Virus record (IMG/VR): IMGVR_UViG_3300033514_000020
Span: 1 to 29,996 of that record
Source: a virus
Lineage: Duplodnaviria; Caudoviricetes
Length of the DNA: 29,996 bases
Strand: one strand, 5' to 3'
The notes beneath the pieces were generated by a model. That model was not told the DNA's origin. It was given only the letters and a program-made list of their open reading frames with translations, and made no database searches. Shown piece by piece: positions 9,863 to 19,504 of the stretch (its first letter is position 1; every line of letters begins with the position of its first letter). The position numbers and the translations under genes are program-made.

Positions 9863-11682
9863 GATACTGCTCCTTTGATGATTGTGAAGTTGATTTCTAC
9901 GACTTGAGCTAATGCCCCTGCAAACATGTTTTCCAATCCTATATAGATTTGACTGGTATTCGTATAGCCCACCCAACATCTATAAGAACTTGCAGCAGGA
10001 ACACCACCACCAATATTAACAACCACAGCATCATTTATAGTAGCAAGGGAGTTATTCAATAAGAAGGTCGTTTTGGCGCCTGCAGCCATTGACTCTGCAT
10101 GGGTATAGATCTTCCCTGTTGGCTTATTCAGCGTTACCGCAGTTGATTTACTCGTAGCTTGCGTGACAGTTCCACCTGCACCTGTGCCGTAACCTAACCC
10201 AATGGTTCCATTGGTAACAACGAAACCTGATGTTGTATCTAGTGTCACTAGGTACCCACCAGAGGCTCTAAGTGAAAGGGTCTTATTGGAAAGCCGTCGT
10301 ATGCCAACATCAGTATCCCCATTACCAAAGAAGATACCTCCAGAATCTACGGCATTAGCTATGGTAACTATACCATCCGCTGCAATACGCATCCTCTCTA
10401 CACCAGAGGTCGTTAGAGACACAAGTGATCCACCTACATATATAGGTTGATAACTTGCACCACCTGTATAATCTGTTCCCTCAATCAGCGTACCTGTAGC
10501 AGTTGTGGATATACGTGCAGCACACGTTAAACCACCTACTAATAGTTTGTTACCATCAGTAGCAGAGCGCATAGTAGTAAGACCATCAGCAGCAATCCGC
10601 ATCCTCTCAACACTATTCGTTCCAAATACAATTGGTCCTGTGTTTGTTTGCATCGTGAGGGCAGAGCAATTAATTGCTTCGATACTTGCAGAGTTTGCAG
10701 CAGGAACAGTTGGTAGATACACTAGAGAACCTGCGGTAGTCTTTCCGTTATACTGGAGTGTCGCTGCCGAGTATGATGGACCAGAGATAAAATCATGAGC
10801 ACCTGCTAGAAGCTGGCTGGATGTAGTTGGTGAACTAGCAAGGCTAGATACCATACCCATGACTTGCAACATGCCTGCACCTGATTCCACCTGCTTGTTA
10901 ATTGCTACAGCACCAGAAGTTGCAATCCTTAGTCGTTCTGATCCGCCTGTGTAGAAGGCCATTGGGAGGTAGGTACCAGTACCGTGGATTCCTGATATGA
11001 AGGCTAATTCAGAAGCCCCTATTTGCATACGTCCATAGCCTGTATTCAGGGGCACGCTATCATTATCAACTTCAATGATCGCAGCCCTTGCGGTTCCATT
11101 TGGAATAACGGCTACCCCTGTAGCTGCATTCACTGTGCTAGTCTGGAACATCGTCCGATTAGCAATAGTCGCGTTGCTGAAGTCGCCCAGAATCCTACGG
11201 CTGCTTCCGCTAAAGGTTAGGTCGCCAGTCATCGTGTCACCTAACTTAGATACCTTCTCAGAATCAACTTCTGCAATTGCTGATTGAACGTTTGTAGCAC
11301 TGATTGTCCCAGTTGGAGTAAAGATGACGTTAGATGAATTGATACCTGTAGCCGACGAGATCGTGGTACCATTAAATTGTAGCGTATTACCTGTAACAGT
11401 CAGTGAGTTAGGTGACAAACCAGTCCAGGTTATAGTCTCGCCTTCGCCTAATGCCAAGAAGCCGGTGTTAGCTGTTGGACTTTGTGATTTGATCTGTGAT
11501 GTCTTGATACCTGACGTTGGACCGAAGTCAACCGGAGCTGTGAGCGTGAATGCTCCTCCTGATTTCTGTAACGTCGAGTTCGTGATTGCCGTAGCCCATG
11601 CTGTTGATTGAGCTCCCCAGTTCGAGTCACCTGTTTGTGGATAGCGGTAGGTTATGCCGTTAACGATTAGGTTTGTGGCCAT
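9859..11682 (-). CDS. Tail fibre / receptor-binding protein
   Basis: 607 aa, G/S/T-rich. It has a KxGDTMTGDL fibre motif, three ER(M/L)RIAxxG repeats and a C-terminal GAGGTVTQATSKSTAVTLNK domain. Strong AAGGAG SD. Confidence 0.8.
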   Translation of the reverse strand: MATNLIVNGITYRYPQTGDSNWGAQSTAWATAITNSTLQKSGGAFTLTAPVDFGPTSGIKTSQIKSQSPTANTGFLALGEGETITWTGLSPNSLTVTGNTLQFNGTTISSATGINSSNVIFTPTGTISATNVQSAIAEVDSEKVSKLGDTMTGDLTFSGSSRRILGDFSNATIANRTMFQTSTVNAATGVAVIPNGTARAAIIEVDNDSVPLNTGYGRMQIGASELAFISGIHGTGTYLPMAFYTGGSERLRIATSGAVAINKQVESGAGMLQVMGMVSSLASSPTTSSQLLAGAHDFISGPSYSAATLQYNGKTTAGSLVYLPTVPAANSASIEAINCSALTMQTNTGPIVFGTNSVERMRIAADGLTTMRSATDGNKLLVGGLTCAARISTTATGTLIEGTDYTGGASYQPIYVGGSLVSLTTSGVERMRIAADGIVTIANAVDSGGIFFGNGDTDVGIRRLSNKTLSLRASGGYLVTLDTTSGFVVTNGTIGLGYGTGAGGTVTQATSKSTAVTLNKPTGKIYTHAESMAAGAKTTFLLNNSLATINDAVVVNIGGGVPAASSYRCWVGYTNTSQIYIGLENMFAGALAQVVEINFTIIKGAVS

Positions 11683-11709
11683 TTGATTGTTTCTCCTTTT
11701 TCTTATACT

Positions 11710-11716
11710 TATTTAT
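11710..11716 (-). promoter_or_regulatory. ATAAATA box
   Basis: Just downstream of the capsid terminator and 27 nt upstream of the fibre ATG. Confidence 0.65.
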
Positions 11717-11725
11717 GCCGATGTT

Positions 11726-11763
11726 AAAAGAGCGTATAACCTCTTATGAAGATTATACGCTCT
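11726..11763 (-). terminator. Rho-independent terminator after the major capsid gene
   Basis: 11-bp stem AGAGCGTATAA/TTATACGCTCT (11729-11739 and 11753-11763) followed by a U run on the minus strand. Confidence 0.7.
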
Positions 11764-11789
11764 CGTGTCACTAACTTACAAGATAAATC

Positions 11790-13046
11790 TTACGAGATAC
11801 CTGTCAGTTTAACCAGTTTTGCTGGCGTTTCTGCGATGATAGCCTGGTTGCTGTATAAGCGATACTCGAAGCCTGCGTTGCTCTGCAACTGCGTGAAGAT
11901 CTCGCCTGTTTTGCTACCTGGGATTTCGAAGCCGATGTCTTGTGCACCAATACGACGGATACGCTTGACCGGAAGAATGAAGCCTTCGCCTTCTTTGATG
12001 AACGGGTGAGCTACGATTTCCATTTCGCCTGACTGACCGTAGAACTTGAGGCTATTTGCACCTTGTTCGAACGAAGTCGTCTTATACGAACTGTCATACT
12101 TGCGTAAAGCAGCTTGATCATTCAGCAAAGTTGTCCACTTCTTCGGATTGATGTAAACCTTAACCTTCTCATCCAATCCGCCACGCTCAACTGCGATAGC
12201 CATAGCATTTTGCAATGCGAGGAATGTCAACGCACCACCAACTGCGTAGGTAGAACCTTTCCACAAGTTGTAAACGGAGTTGTCAATACCGAAGATCGAG
12301 CCAGATGCAGTCAAGATACGGTCGATACCAGACATTTCGTTACCAACAGCACCAGCGAAACGAACATAAGTGTCAGCACCAGCCATCGCGACGATAGCAG
12401 TGATGTCAGCAGCAACACCAGTGATCAGCATTGTGCGAGCCGAACTGTCATACGACGTAACGATAACAGAAGCTGTCGTGTTAACCTTAGTGTTATCTGA
12501 TACTTTGAAGATGTCCAACGTTGCATTTTCGCAACCAGCCCAAATACCACCAGCCCAACCAGCAGCAGCGAAGGTCAATGTGCAGGTTGTAGCAGTTCCA
12601 GCTGCGTGCGAGTCAACAAGGCCAAGACCAGTCGGGCTTGCACCATACCACATCGACAGTTCCAAACGCTTTGTGAGCGAGCCCATCATATTCTCAACTT
12701 GTAGGCCCGTTGAATCATAGAATGCGTTCTTGCCAGATGCGGCACGAGCAGCAGCTTCGTAGTCCATAGTTGAGCGAAGAACCATCTGCGCACCTTGAAC
12801 AGTTGCGTCTTGGGTCTTCATTGAGATAGCTGCATTCAATGCGAACGCACCAGCGTCAGCAGCAGCATAAGTCACACCGTGTTCCATGTTTACGACAACA
12901 GGCTGGTGATACTTGTTACCGAGTTGTTTAGCACGGGATTCAAACGGGATTTCCTTGACAAGCAAGGCATTTTCAGGAATAAGCGTTACGAGTTTGTCAG
13001 CATAGACGTCCTTAAACAACCCGTTTAGATCAGTTGTAGTTGTCAT
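11790..13046 (-). CDS. Major capsid protein
   Basis: Start revised to the ATG at 13046 (AAGGAGA SD), giving ~418 aa. The LNGLFKDVY N-terminus and IAETPAKLVKLTGIS C-terminus fit HK97-fold capsids. It lies after portal and scaffold and is followed by a terminator. Confidence 0.85.
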   Translation of the reverse strand: MTTTTDLNGLFKDVYADKLVTLIPENALLVKEIPFESRAKQLGNKYHQPVVVNMEHGVTYAAADAGAFALNAAISMKTQDATVQGAQMVLRSTMDYEAAARAASGKNAFYDSTGLQVENMMGSLTKRLELSMWYGASPTGLGLVDSHAAGTATTCTLTFAAAGWAGGIWAGCENATLDIFKVSDNTKVNTTASVIVTSYDSSARTMLITGVAADITAIVAMAGADTYVRFAGAVGNEMSGIDRILTASGSIFGIDNSVYNLWKGSTYAVGGALTFLALQNAMAIAVERGGLDEKVKVYINPKKWTTLLNDQAALRKYDSSYKTTSFEQGANSLKFYGQSGEMEIVAHPFIKEGEGFILPVKRIRRIGAQDIGFEIPGSKTGEIFTQLQSNAGFEYRLYSNQAIIAETPAKLVKLTGIS

Positions 13047-13121
13047 TATAATTTCTCCTTTAGATAAAATGACGTTTTGATACATTTATGAGTTAGCGGT
13101 CACCTGACGGCATCACTCAAG

Positions 13122-13128
13122 TATTTAT
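13122..13128 (-). promoter_or_regulatory. ATAAATA box upstream of the capsid gene (a second copy at 13234-13240)
   Basis: 75 nt upstream of the ATG at 13046. Confidence 0.5.
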
Positions 13129-13198
13129 TGTGTTACTGTATCGTCAAATCAGTTTACCACGTAGGGCTGTTTGTTCGATGCTTTTGCTGCTTCTCGAT

Positions 13199-13837
13199 TT
13201 AGATAGCCTTAGCGTCATTCTCGAGTATAACTTTATTTATGACTGTAAACTTTTTCTTTGCGTTTTGGGCATCTTTTCTTGCTTGAGACCACGGTTTTCC
13301 TTTTAACGCTGTAGAGATGTTGTTGCGAGCTGCTTGCGTTGGCGTCGGCATCTTTCTGCCTTTAACTGCGTTAGCTAAGTTAGCTAAATGTTCTGGGGAT
13401 TTTTGCCTGCCCGTATGAGCAACTGATAGCTTATCTTTAGTTTCTTGAGTCTTCTCGCGGCCAGTTAGTTTAGCTGATACTATCGCGTTTCGTTCTTTAG
13501 TGTGTGGAATTCCTGCTCTCAAAAACACTTGTTGTTTAGTAGAAGGATCCTTATACGATTTATTCAAGCAAAAATCTGATTGTATTGATTGCTTTATGAT
13601 GTGCTGCTCTGCCCACCAAGCTGTATCGCTATCGCTATACACCTGAACGACTTCTGCTCTAAATGCATCGTCGCCGTATTGTTTGCGTTGTGCTTTGATG
13701 ACAGCCGAATGAGTAAAATAATGCTTCCACAGATCTTCTTCTGGGTTTCGCGTATTCATTATCTTTGCTGTTCGTGATCCGTGATAGAACTCACCAGTAA
13801 GTTTGTTTGTGATTCGATAAACATAAGGTTGATACAT
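13199..13837 (-). CDS. Free-standing GIY-YIG homing endonuclease with NUMOD3 repeats (Seg-like)
   Basis: YVYRITNKLTGEFYHGSR N-terminal motif and repeats such as KTQETKDKLSVAHTGRQKSPEHLANL. Inserted between scaffold and capsid. Confidence 0.8.
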   Translation of the reverse strand: MYQPYVYRITNKLTGEFYHGSRTAKIMNTRNPEEDLWKHYFTHSAVIKAQRKQYGDDAFRAEVVQVYSDSDTAWWAEQHIIKQSIQSDFCLNKSYKDPSTKQQVFLRAGIPHTKERNAIVSAKLTGREKTQETKDKLSVAHTGRQKSPEHLANLANAVKGRKMPTPTQAARNNISTALKGKPWSQARKDAQNAKKKFTVINKVILENDAKAI

Positions 13838-13861
13838 AGCCTACCCTTCAGTTAAACAAGT

Positions 13862-13890
13862 AGTATAACATAACGATAGACTATGCTCAA
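13862..13890 (-). promoter_or_regulatory. Sigma70-like promoter upstream of the GIY-YIG gene
   Basis: TTGAGC-17 nt-TATACT with an extended -10 TG. Confidence 0.5.
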
Positions 13891-13899
13891 TCATTTCGA

Positions 13900-14805
13900 T
13901 TAATTCAAACCTTTTCGGATAGATTCACGCCACTCATCACGTGATAATGCCTTTGGCTTCTCACGATTAGCTGGATTTGCTGGCACAGTTGGCTTAGTCT
14001 TCGTTTCGATAGTCTTACCTTTCGATTTCTTTAGATGACCACGAACTACTTTATTGCTCACTTCGTCACCTAACAGCTCAAGCAGGATGTCTTCGTTAGC
14101 AGAGCCAAACAACGAGTTGATCTGAGCTAAGTAATCGCGTTTTACGAAGTGAACGACATCTTTCGGTGTGATTTTGACCGGGTTACCATTCTTATCACGG
14201 ATGTCAGCTTCCATAGCCTGTAACATGTATTTGGCAATACCAGCAATCGTTGACTCAGTCTTCGGTAGACCGCCTACTTCTAATGCCTCGATAATACCTG
14301 TGGTGTATTCTTCTTCGTAATGCTTCGTAAACTTCTCGACTTCTGTAGCACGAAGAGCCTCTTCTTGAACTCGTTGCTGCTTCTCATACTCAGCAAGGCG
14401 TTGCTTAGTAGTCTTGAGTTCTTTTTCTTGTGGCGATAGCATCTCTTCTTCGAGTTGCTCTGCAAGATAGTCACGAGCGAATGCTTTGATGTCAACACCC
14501 AACGCATCTAATGCTCGTCGTGGGTCTGTTGATGCAATACGAAGGAACTCTTCTGACTGTTTACGTAGTCGAGCTGCGTCATTCATTCGTTTTTGTGCTG
14601 CTTTTGTGGATTGATAGCCGGATAATAGCTCTTGTTCGTCTACTTCCTGCTCATCGCCGTCAATCTTGACCTTATAACGCTTAGGTTGTGGGACATTGGC
14701 GATTGATTGTTCGAGTTCTGATAGATCATCACCTGTATTTTCCGATTCTGATGCTTCGTTGGTGCCTTCGGAGCTGATGCTTCCTGTGTTTTCTGCTTCT
14801 GACAT
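13900..14805 (-). CDS. Capsid scaffolding protein
   Basis: Acidic N-terminus, YKVKIDGDEQEVDEQELLSGYQ motif, coiled coil and basic C-terminus. It lies between portal and capsid. Confidence 0.8.
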   Translation of the reverse strand: MSEAENTGSISSEGTNEASESENTGDDLSELEQSIANVPQPKRYKVKIDGDEQEVDEQELLSGYQSTKAAQKRMNDAARLRKQSEEFLRIASTDPRRALDALGVDIKAFARDYLAEQLEEEMLSPQEKELKTTKQRLAEYEKQQRVQEEALRATEVEKFTKHYEEEYTTGIIEALEVGGLPKTESTIAGIAKYMLQAMEADIRDKNGNPVKITPKDVVHFVKRDYLAQINSLFGSANEDILLELLGDEVSNKVVRGHLKKSKGKTIETKTKPTVPANPANREKPKALSRDEWRESIRKGLN

Positions 14806-14888
14806 GATGTTTTCCTCGCAAATTGTAGAGTGTCGTCTGTCAAACGACTAAATCACGCTCTGATCACTATGACTAGAGTAGCGATTTG

Positions 14889-15245
14889 TTACTTCTTAAA
14901 AAAGAAATCCAGTATTTGATCTTTGTATAACACGATTAAGGCCCATGCTGCACCTAATAATAGAGTTACGCGTTTGATAAATTCCTTATTCTTCGATACT
15001 TCTTCAGTGATAACTGCTAATGCTTCTCCTATCTTAGCCCAGTTTGATGCTTCTTCAGCTCCGTGTTCCTGTTGCCAGAGCTGTTGAGCTATTATGTGAT
15101 CGTCTAACTTCTTTTCTATTCGAGCCTGTGTTGCTGCTGTTGCTAATGACCGCTCTTCTAAGGTAGCAATCTTTACGTCAGCTATGTCTACTCTCCTATC
15201 TTTATGGTATTCTTCTTCTGTCACGGGCTCTCTCCTGTCAAGCAT
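14889..15245 (-). CDS. Coiled-coil protein with C-terminal transmembrane helix (holin/XhlA-like architecture)
   Basis: Coiled coil followed by VTLLLGAAWALIVLY. The function is inferred only. Confidence 0.4.
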   Translation of the reverse strand: MLDRREPVTEEEYHKDRRVDIADVKIATLEERSLATAATQARIEKKLDDHIIAQQLWQQEHGAEEASNWAKIGEALAVITEEVSKNKEFIKRVTLLLGAAWALIVLYKDQILDFFFKK

Positions 15246-15261
15246 AAGTGTTGATAATACT

Positions 15262-15268
15262 TATTTAT
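15262..15268 (-). promoter_or_regulatory. ATAAATA box
   Basis: Overlaps the portal stop; 16 nt upstream of the ATG at 15245. Confidence 0.5.
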
Positions 15269-17244
15269 GCTTGTCCAGGTATAGCCTGATTGGGTGTCGG
15301 TGCTTTCTCTCCTGTTAGCGGATTCGTTGGCATGTTAGGCATGTTCGGTTGCATCTTCTGCACGTTATCTGCCATAGTCATCGGGTTGTTTGCATCACCG
15401 TTACCTTGTGGCATCGGAGCTGGTGGAGCAGATTGAATCGGCTGTTGACCTAAGATAGTTAGTAATGATGCCAAACTCGGATCCGATAAGAACTTGTGGT
15501 GCTCCATGATGTGGTTACCAACCATAGTTACGACAGCTGCATCTGCTCTAATAGCCGGGTCACTTACGATAGCTTTGTGCTCCAGGATGTGTAACACATG
15601 TTCATCTGTAATCATAGCCATAACTGAGTTGCCTTCTGCCATAGACTCATTCTCTGAACGGATGGCTAATAGCTCTGTAGTCTTACCTTCAATAAGCGGA
15701 TCTAAGTTTCCAGTCTGGATGACCTGTAGTAACTGATCTGGTGTCTTGACTAGTCCGGCTTGTATCATCATCTGAGCTAACTCAACTTTACCTGCTGTGG
15801 TGCGTGTCATCGGATTACCTACGTCGACAGTAACGCGATTGACTTGAGCTAAATCGTCACCCGTAAACTCTTTCATAATGCCTCGATTGTGCTTACCTGC
15901 AATCTCTGCAATACGTGGCACTGAAGCATAATCACGAAGGATGTTGATCGTTGATGTTCCTACATCTTCTAACAACTGAACATAAGATTGTTGTAGTTGT
16001 TGAGCGAACTGAATGCTCATTGACTGCACGAGTGCTAATGCCGCACCTGACTGTAAGGACGATTCTGGGTTACCACGAGCTACTGAGTTGACACCTGAGA
16101 TGATTTCCATAGTGTGCTCTAACTGCCCTAAGAAGTTAAAGATCTCAACAGGAGTAGATGTAAGATTAAGTGGCTCTGGCTTACCTTGTGCTGGATTATA
16201 CGTAATGATGTTCATGCCATTGAGCTGTGATCCTGTTGCGGTACAGCCAATCGGTATAGTAACATTCTGCACGCCAAACGTGAGCTGATTAGTTAGAATA
16301 GTCGAATACAGATCATTCACGCCATCTTGTAATGCGAGCAGGTCGAATGCTGGGCTGTATCCTTGAGTAGAACCTGTTAAGTCTGATGGTGTCACTCTAA
16401 ATACTGGCACACCTGTGTATGGTAGTGGTCCGTCAATCAGCACGATCTCTGAGTCGATGTAAGATACGATACGACCATTCGGCATTGAGTCTGACTTCTC
16501 ATGATAGAAGTCATACACTTCGATTAAGTCTGACGATGTCTGGATCTTATCTGTAGTAACACGATACGATGTTCTTGGATCCTCATCTGATGCTACGGCT
16601 AAAATAAGCTCTGCCATCTCTGGATACTTTGCTGCTAAATCGTATTTGTTTGCTGTTCGTTTGATGATCACCCATTGACTATCAGCCCAACTCTCAAGAT
16701 GCACGTCACGGATTAGATTGAGTGGTTCAATAGTGCCAAACTCGATGTCACCAGCTTGTCGTTCTGCTCCTGTGTCTGGGTCAGTGGCATACACCTCACC
16801 AATGGTAGCATTCCAAGTCGTAGTAACGAATGACTCACCATACACTAAGCACTGCTCAACTGCAGAACGAAGGTTACGCTCAAGCCGTTTCTCACGCATG
16901 TAATAGTCAAGCAATCCTCTTGCTAAAATAGTCTGGGCTTGTGACTTTACATCAGTATTTGTAGCACGTGGTTCGAATGCTGGTCGTTGACTAATCGTAA
17001 GGTTCATTAAGTGTTGGATGAAGTTCCTGTAATGATTTACGTTGATTCGTTTGTATTGTTGATTCTCGCCAGTTGTCTTTATCTCTGGTGCTCGAGTCGA
17101 AGCAGAGTTATACAGATCATAGCTCTTAGCCCATAGTGCCATAAGGCCATTAGTCTGTAAGTTCTGGTAGTAATCATCTACTCGTTGCTCGAGTTCAGCT
17201 ACAACTTCTTCGGTTGGGAGTGATGCAAAATACTGGTTATCCAT
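15265..17244 (-). CDS. Portal protein
   Basis: Start revised to the ATG at 17244 (MDNQY..., AAGGA SD), giving ~659 aa. It follows terL and has P22-type features (ISGVNSVARG...SGAALAL, P/Q/M-rich tail). Confidence 0.85.
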   Translation of the reverse strand: MDNQYFASLPTEEVVAELEQRVDDYYQNLQTNGLMALWAKSYDLYNSASTRAPEIKTTGENQQYKRINVNHYRNFIQHLMNLTISQRPAFEPRATNTDVKSQAQTILARGLLDYYMREKRLERNLRSAVEQCLVYGESFVTTTWNATIGEVYATDPDTGAERQAGDIEFGTIEPLNLIRDVHLESWADSQWVIIKRTANKYDLAAKYPEMAELILAVASDEDPRTSYRVTTDKIQTSSDLIEVYDFYHEKSDSMPNGRIVSYIDSEIVLIDGPLPYTGVPVFRVTPSDLTGSTQGYSPAFDLLALQDGVNDLYSTILTNQLTFGVQNVTIPIGCTATGSQLNGMNIITYNPAQGKPEPLNLTSTPVEIFNFLGQLEHTMEIISGVNSVARGNPESSLQSGAALALVQSMSIQFAQQLQQSYVQLLEDVGTSTINILRDYASVPRIAEIAGKHNRGIMKEFTGDDLAQVNRVTVDVGNPMTRTTAGKVELAQMMIQAGLVKTPDQLLQVIQTGNLDPLIEGKTTELLAIRSENESMAEGNSVMAMITDEHVLHILEHKAIVSDPAIRADAAVVTMVGNHIMEHHKFLSDPSLASLLTILGQQPIQSAPPAPMPQGNGDANNPMTMADNVQKMQPNMPNMPTNPLTGEKAPTPNQAIPGQA

Positions 17245-17260
17245 AGTGAGTTCCTTTATC

Positions 17261-18688
17261 TTATTTAGTCCTGCTGAACATAGATGCAAATTGAGTTACA
17301 TTCGGATCTGTGTTCATTATTGGATTGACCCACATGTTTGTCTGATCTAATCCGTGATTTAGTGGTATTGGGTTAGTAAAAGTATCGATACATCTGCAAA
17401 GATAGACTAATGCTGCGAGTGCGTCATAGTGGCCATACACCTTACTGCGAGCAAAGCCCATCTTACCATTCTGTGAGTTCTTACTCCATACTCCGTAGTT
17501 TAGACAGCCTATAGTCTGTTCGCATCGTGGATGGATGATGAGCTTACCTGTTGCGACCATAATACGCACCTGATTGACCATAGCCTCAAGACTAGTCTTC
17601 GTAGTCGGACTGAACGGTAGGTTGTGCAGTCTGGTTAAGTCCTGAATCAGTATAAGGTTATTATTGTCAGCTACCCTTAGGTATGGTTGTTGCGGTGACC
17701 ATAGTCTTTTCTCAATAGCTCTGATCTCATCTGCCAGCTTGTCAGTAGTCATCTCTGGTCCGTTGATAACATGCTCATCTTCTACGATCAGTGTGGATTT
17801 AGCGAAGTCGTAATAAGCAAAAAGAGCAACAGTAAAATCGCGCACACCTGTATCCATTGCAACATACTTATGATAGTATTGATAGTATGGATCTTTTTCA
17901 ATAATCTTGACATGTTCTACTTCCTTCCATTCCGGTATGATAGCCTGCTCTGAGTCCGTTACATCCTCGCATAGATACTCACGGCGGTAGGTTGTTGATG
18001 CTATGCCACCTGCTTCTTTAACATACATCTCTTTTACATCGTCAGTGATGGAAGTATTATCGTCAATCGTAAAGACTGATACATCACCTTTCTCGGCACA
18101 ATCTTTGAATAGATAGTATGAGTCATGGTCTGGTGTCTTACTCGGAGTTGAGCTAATGAGTGTAAATCCGTTACATGTCAATGTCTGTGGTATTAGAATA
18201 GATTGGACGATGTATTCAAGATTGTCCATGAAGCCTGCTTCGTCGATGAGATTTAAGTCTGATTTAGTTCCGCGTAAAGTCTCGTGGTGGCCATTATCAG
18301 TGCCTGACATATGTATCTGACTGCCATTGTTGAACTGATACATGCCGTCAAAGCCTTTGAATGTTGGCTTCATGTTGGTTGGGCAGTCCTCGAAGATTAC
18401 AGCCATAATCGGGAAGATTGACTTTCTGAGTGATCCTGCTGTTGGTGCAGCAAATCGTATCATTGAGTTTGGGTTGCGGATAGCATACTCAATCGCGATA
18501 AGGCATAAGATGTGTGTCTTGCCAAATCGTCGTGCGCATCGTATGAAGTGCTTCAGTGATGTTCGGTTCTTGATAGCATTCCACATTGCGTGATACAGGA
18601 TGTGTTGATGTTCCTTGAGCTTGAATGATAACCTACCACGAGCCCAGCACTCTTTGATTAGGTCTGCTCTCGTGGTAGTGATTCTCAT
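17261..18688 (-). CDS. terL: Terminase large subunit
   Basis: Walker A ARRFGKT, LRG...LIDEAGF Walker B, ISSTP motif, YRREYLC linker, RNase H-like VAMDTG and a terminal HYDALAALVY. Confidence 0.95.
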   Translation of the reverse strand: MRITTTRADLIKECWARGRLSFKLKEHQHILYHAMWNAIKNRTSLKHFIRCARRFGKTHILCLIAIEYAIRNPNSMIRFAAPTAGSLRKSIFPIMAVIFEDCPTNMKPTFKGFDGMYQFNNGSQIHMSGTDNGHHETLRGTKSDLNLIDEAGFMDNLEYIVQSILIPQTLTCNGFTLISSTPSKTPDHDSYYLFKDCAEKGDVSVFTIDDNTSITDDVKEMYVKEAGGIASTTYRREYLCEDVTDSEQAIIPEWKEVEHVKIIEKDPYYQYYHKYVAMDTGVRDFTVALFAYYDFAKSTLIVEDEHVINGPEMTTDKLADEIRAIEKRLWSPQQPYLRVADNNNLILIQDLTRLHNLPFSPTTKTSLEAMVNQVRIMVATGKLIIHPRCEQTIGCLNYGVWSKNSQNGKMGFARSKVYGHYDALAALVYLCRCIDTFTNPIPLNHGLDQTNMWVNPIMNTDPNVTQFASMFSRTK

Positions 18689-19110
18689 TCGTCGTTCCTC
18701 AGATGCTTATTCAGAATGATCTCGAATTCTTCGTCATCAATGCCCTGCAGCGGGTTGAATGATACATTCGTATCTTGAGTGATTTGCTGTCGTTCAACAG
18801 GTCTCCCTGCAGTGTAAGTCATGACTGCTTGATACGCTTGAGTATCTCCTGTCATAGCCTTATTCATCTGAACAACGGTCATGTTATTCAGTGTTGCCAA
18901 AAACTCTGGATTTACTTGCCAAATAGCATCAAGGCTTTCTCTTAGAGTTTTGAGCATCTTATTGTTCTTTCTGGTCATGTTAGCTCTTTCTTTTTTAATG
19001 GCCTTCTTGATTTCTTTCTCCTCATCTGATAGCTCGGCCCAATACACTGATGAGTGTCTGTTGCCATTCTTGAGTATCACTGGTGATGGATTTGGTTTAT
19101 TCGCCATCAT
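18685..19110 (-). CDS. Probable terminase small subunit
   Basis: 141 aa, overlapping terL by ATGA, with a KAMTGDTQAYQAVMTYTAGRPVERQQI motif typical of TerS. Confidence 0.65.
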   Translation of the reverse strand: MMANKPNPSPVILKNGNRHSSVYWAELSDEEKEIKKAIKKERANMTRKNNKMLKTLRESLDAIWQVNPEFLATLNNMTVVQMNKAMTGDTQAYQAVMTYTAGRPVERQQITQDTNVSFNPLQGIDDEEFEIILNKHLRNDE

Positions 19111-19243
19111 CAGTCTCCGGTTCTGCTAACTCTGCCAACAGTAACGATACAGCCGCTGGAGTTAGCATAAGTCCAGATAGATCATAGATGTTTGTGTCTG
19201 CTAAGATGTCGAATGTCTTGGCCTTATCGGTTGCTTCGCTCAT
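19097..19243 (-). CDS. Small hypothetical protein (48 aa)
   Basis: Not in the ORF track. ATGA-coupled to the upstream gene; MSEATDKAKTFDILAD...; it fills the gap up to terS. Confidence 0.5.
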   Translation of the reverse strand: MSEATDKAKTFDILADTNIYDLSGLMLTPAAVSLLLAELAEPETDDGE

Positions 19244-19500
19244 CGTCTACTCCCCATACTCATTTTGATGTTACTGATCTCCGACTTGAGTTGTGCTATT
19301 TCTTCGGCTGTAGCTTTGGCTGTTTCTTCGTTGACTTTATGCTCTGATTCAAGACGTAGTTTCATACCGTAAATCACAGCAAGAACGGCGCATGTAATGA
19401 AGTAACCGATCACTACTGGATAAGACGGTACAACCATAAGCACAGCAAAATTGATACCGGCTGCGATGCCCATAATCTTTAGTTCAAGATTGGTAGTCAT
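19240..19500 (-). CDS. Small membrane protein (2 TM plus coiled coil), possible holin
   Basis: Two hydrophobic segments followed by a charged coiled-coil tail. Confidence 0.45.
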   Translation of the reverse strand: MTTNLELKIMGIAAGINFAVLMVVPSYPVVIGYFITCAVLAVIYGMKLRLESEHKVNEETAKATAEEIAQLKSEISNIKMSMGSRR

Positions 19501-19504
19501 GATG

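Noticed and set aside
13047-13900. Group I intron housing the GIY-YIG gene
   Set aside because: Scaffold and capsid ORFs are each complete, the flanks are short, and I see no intron core elements.
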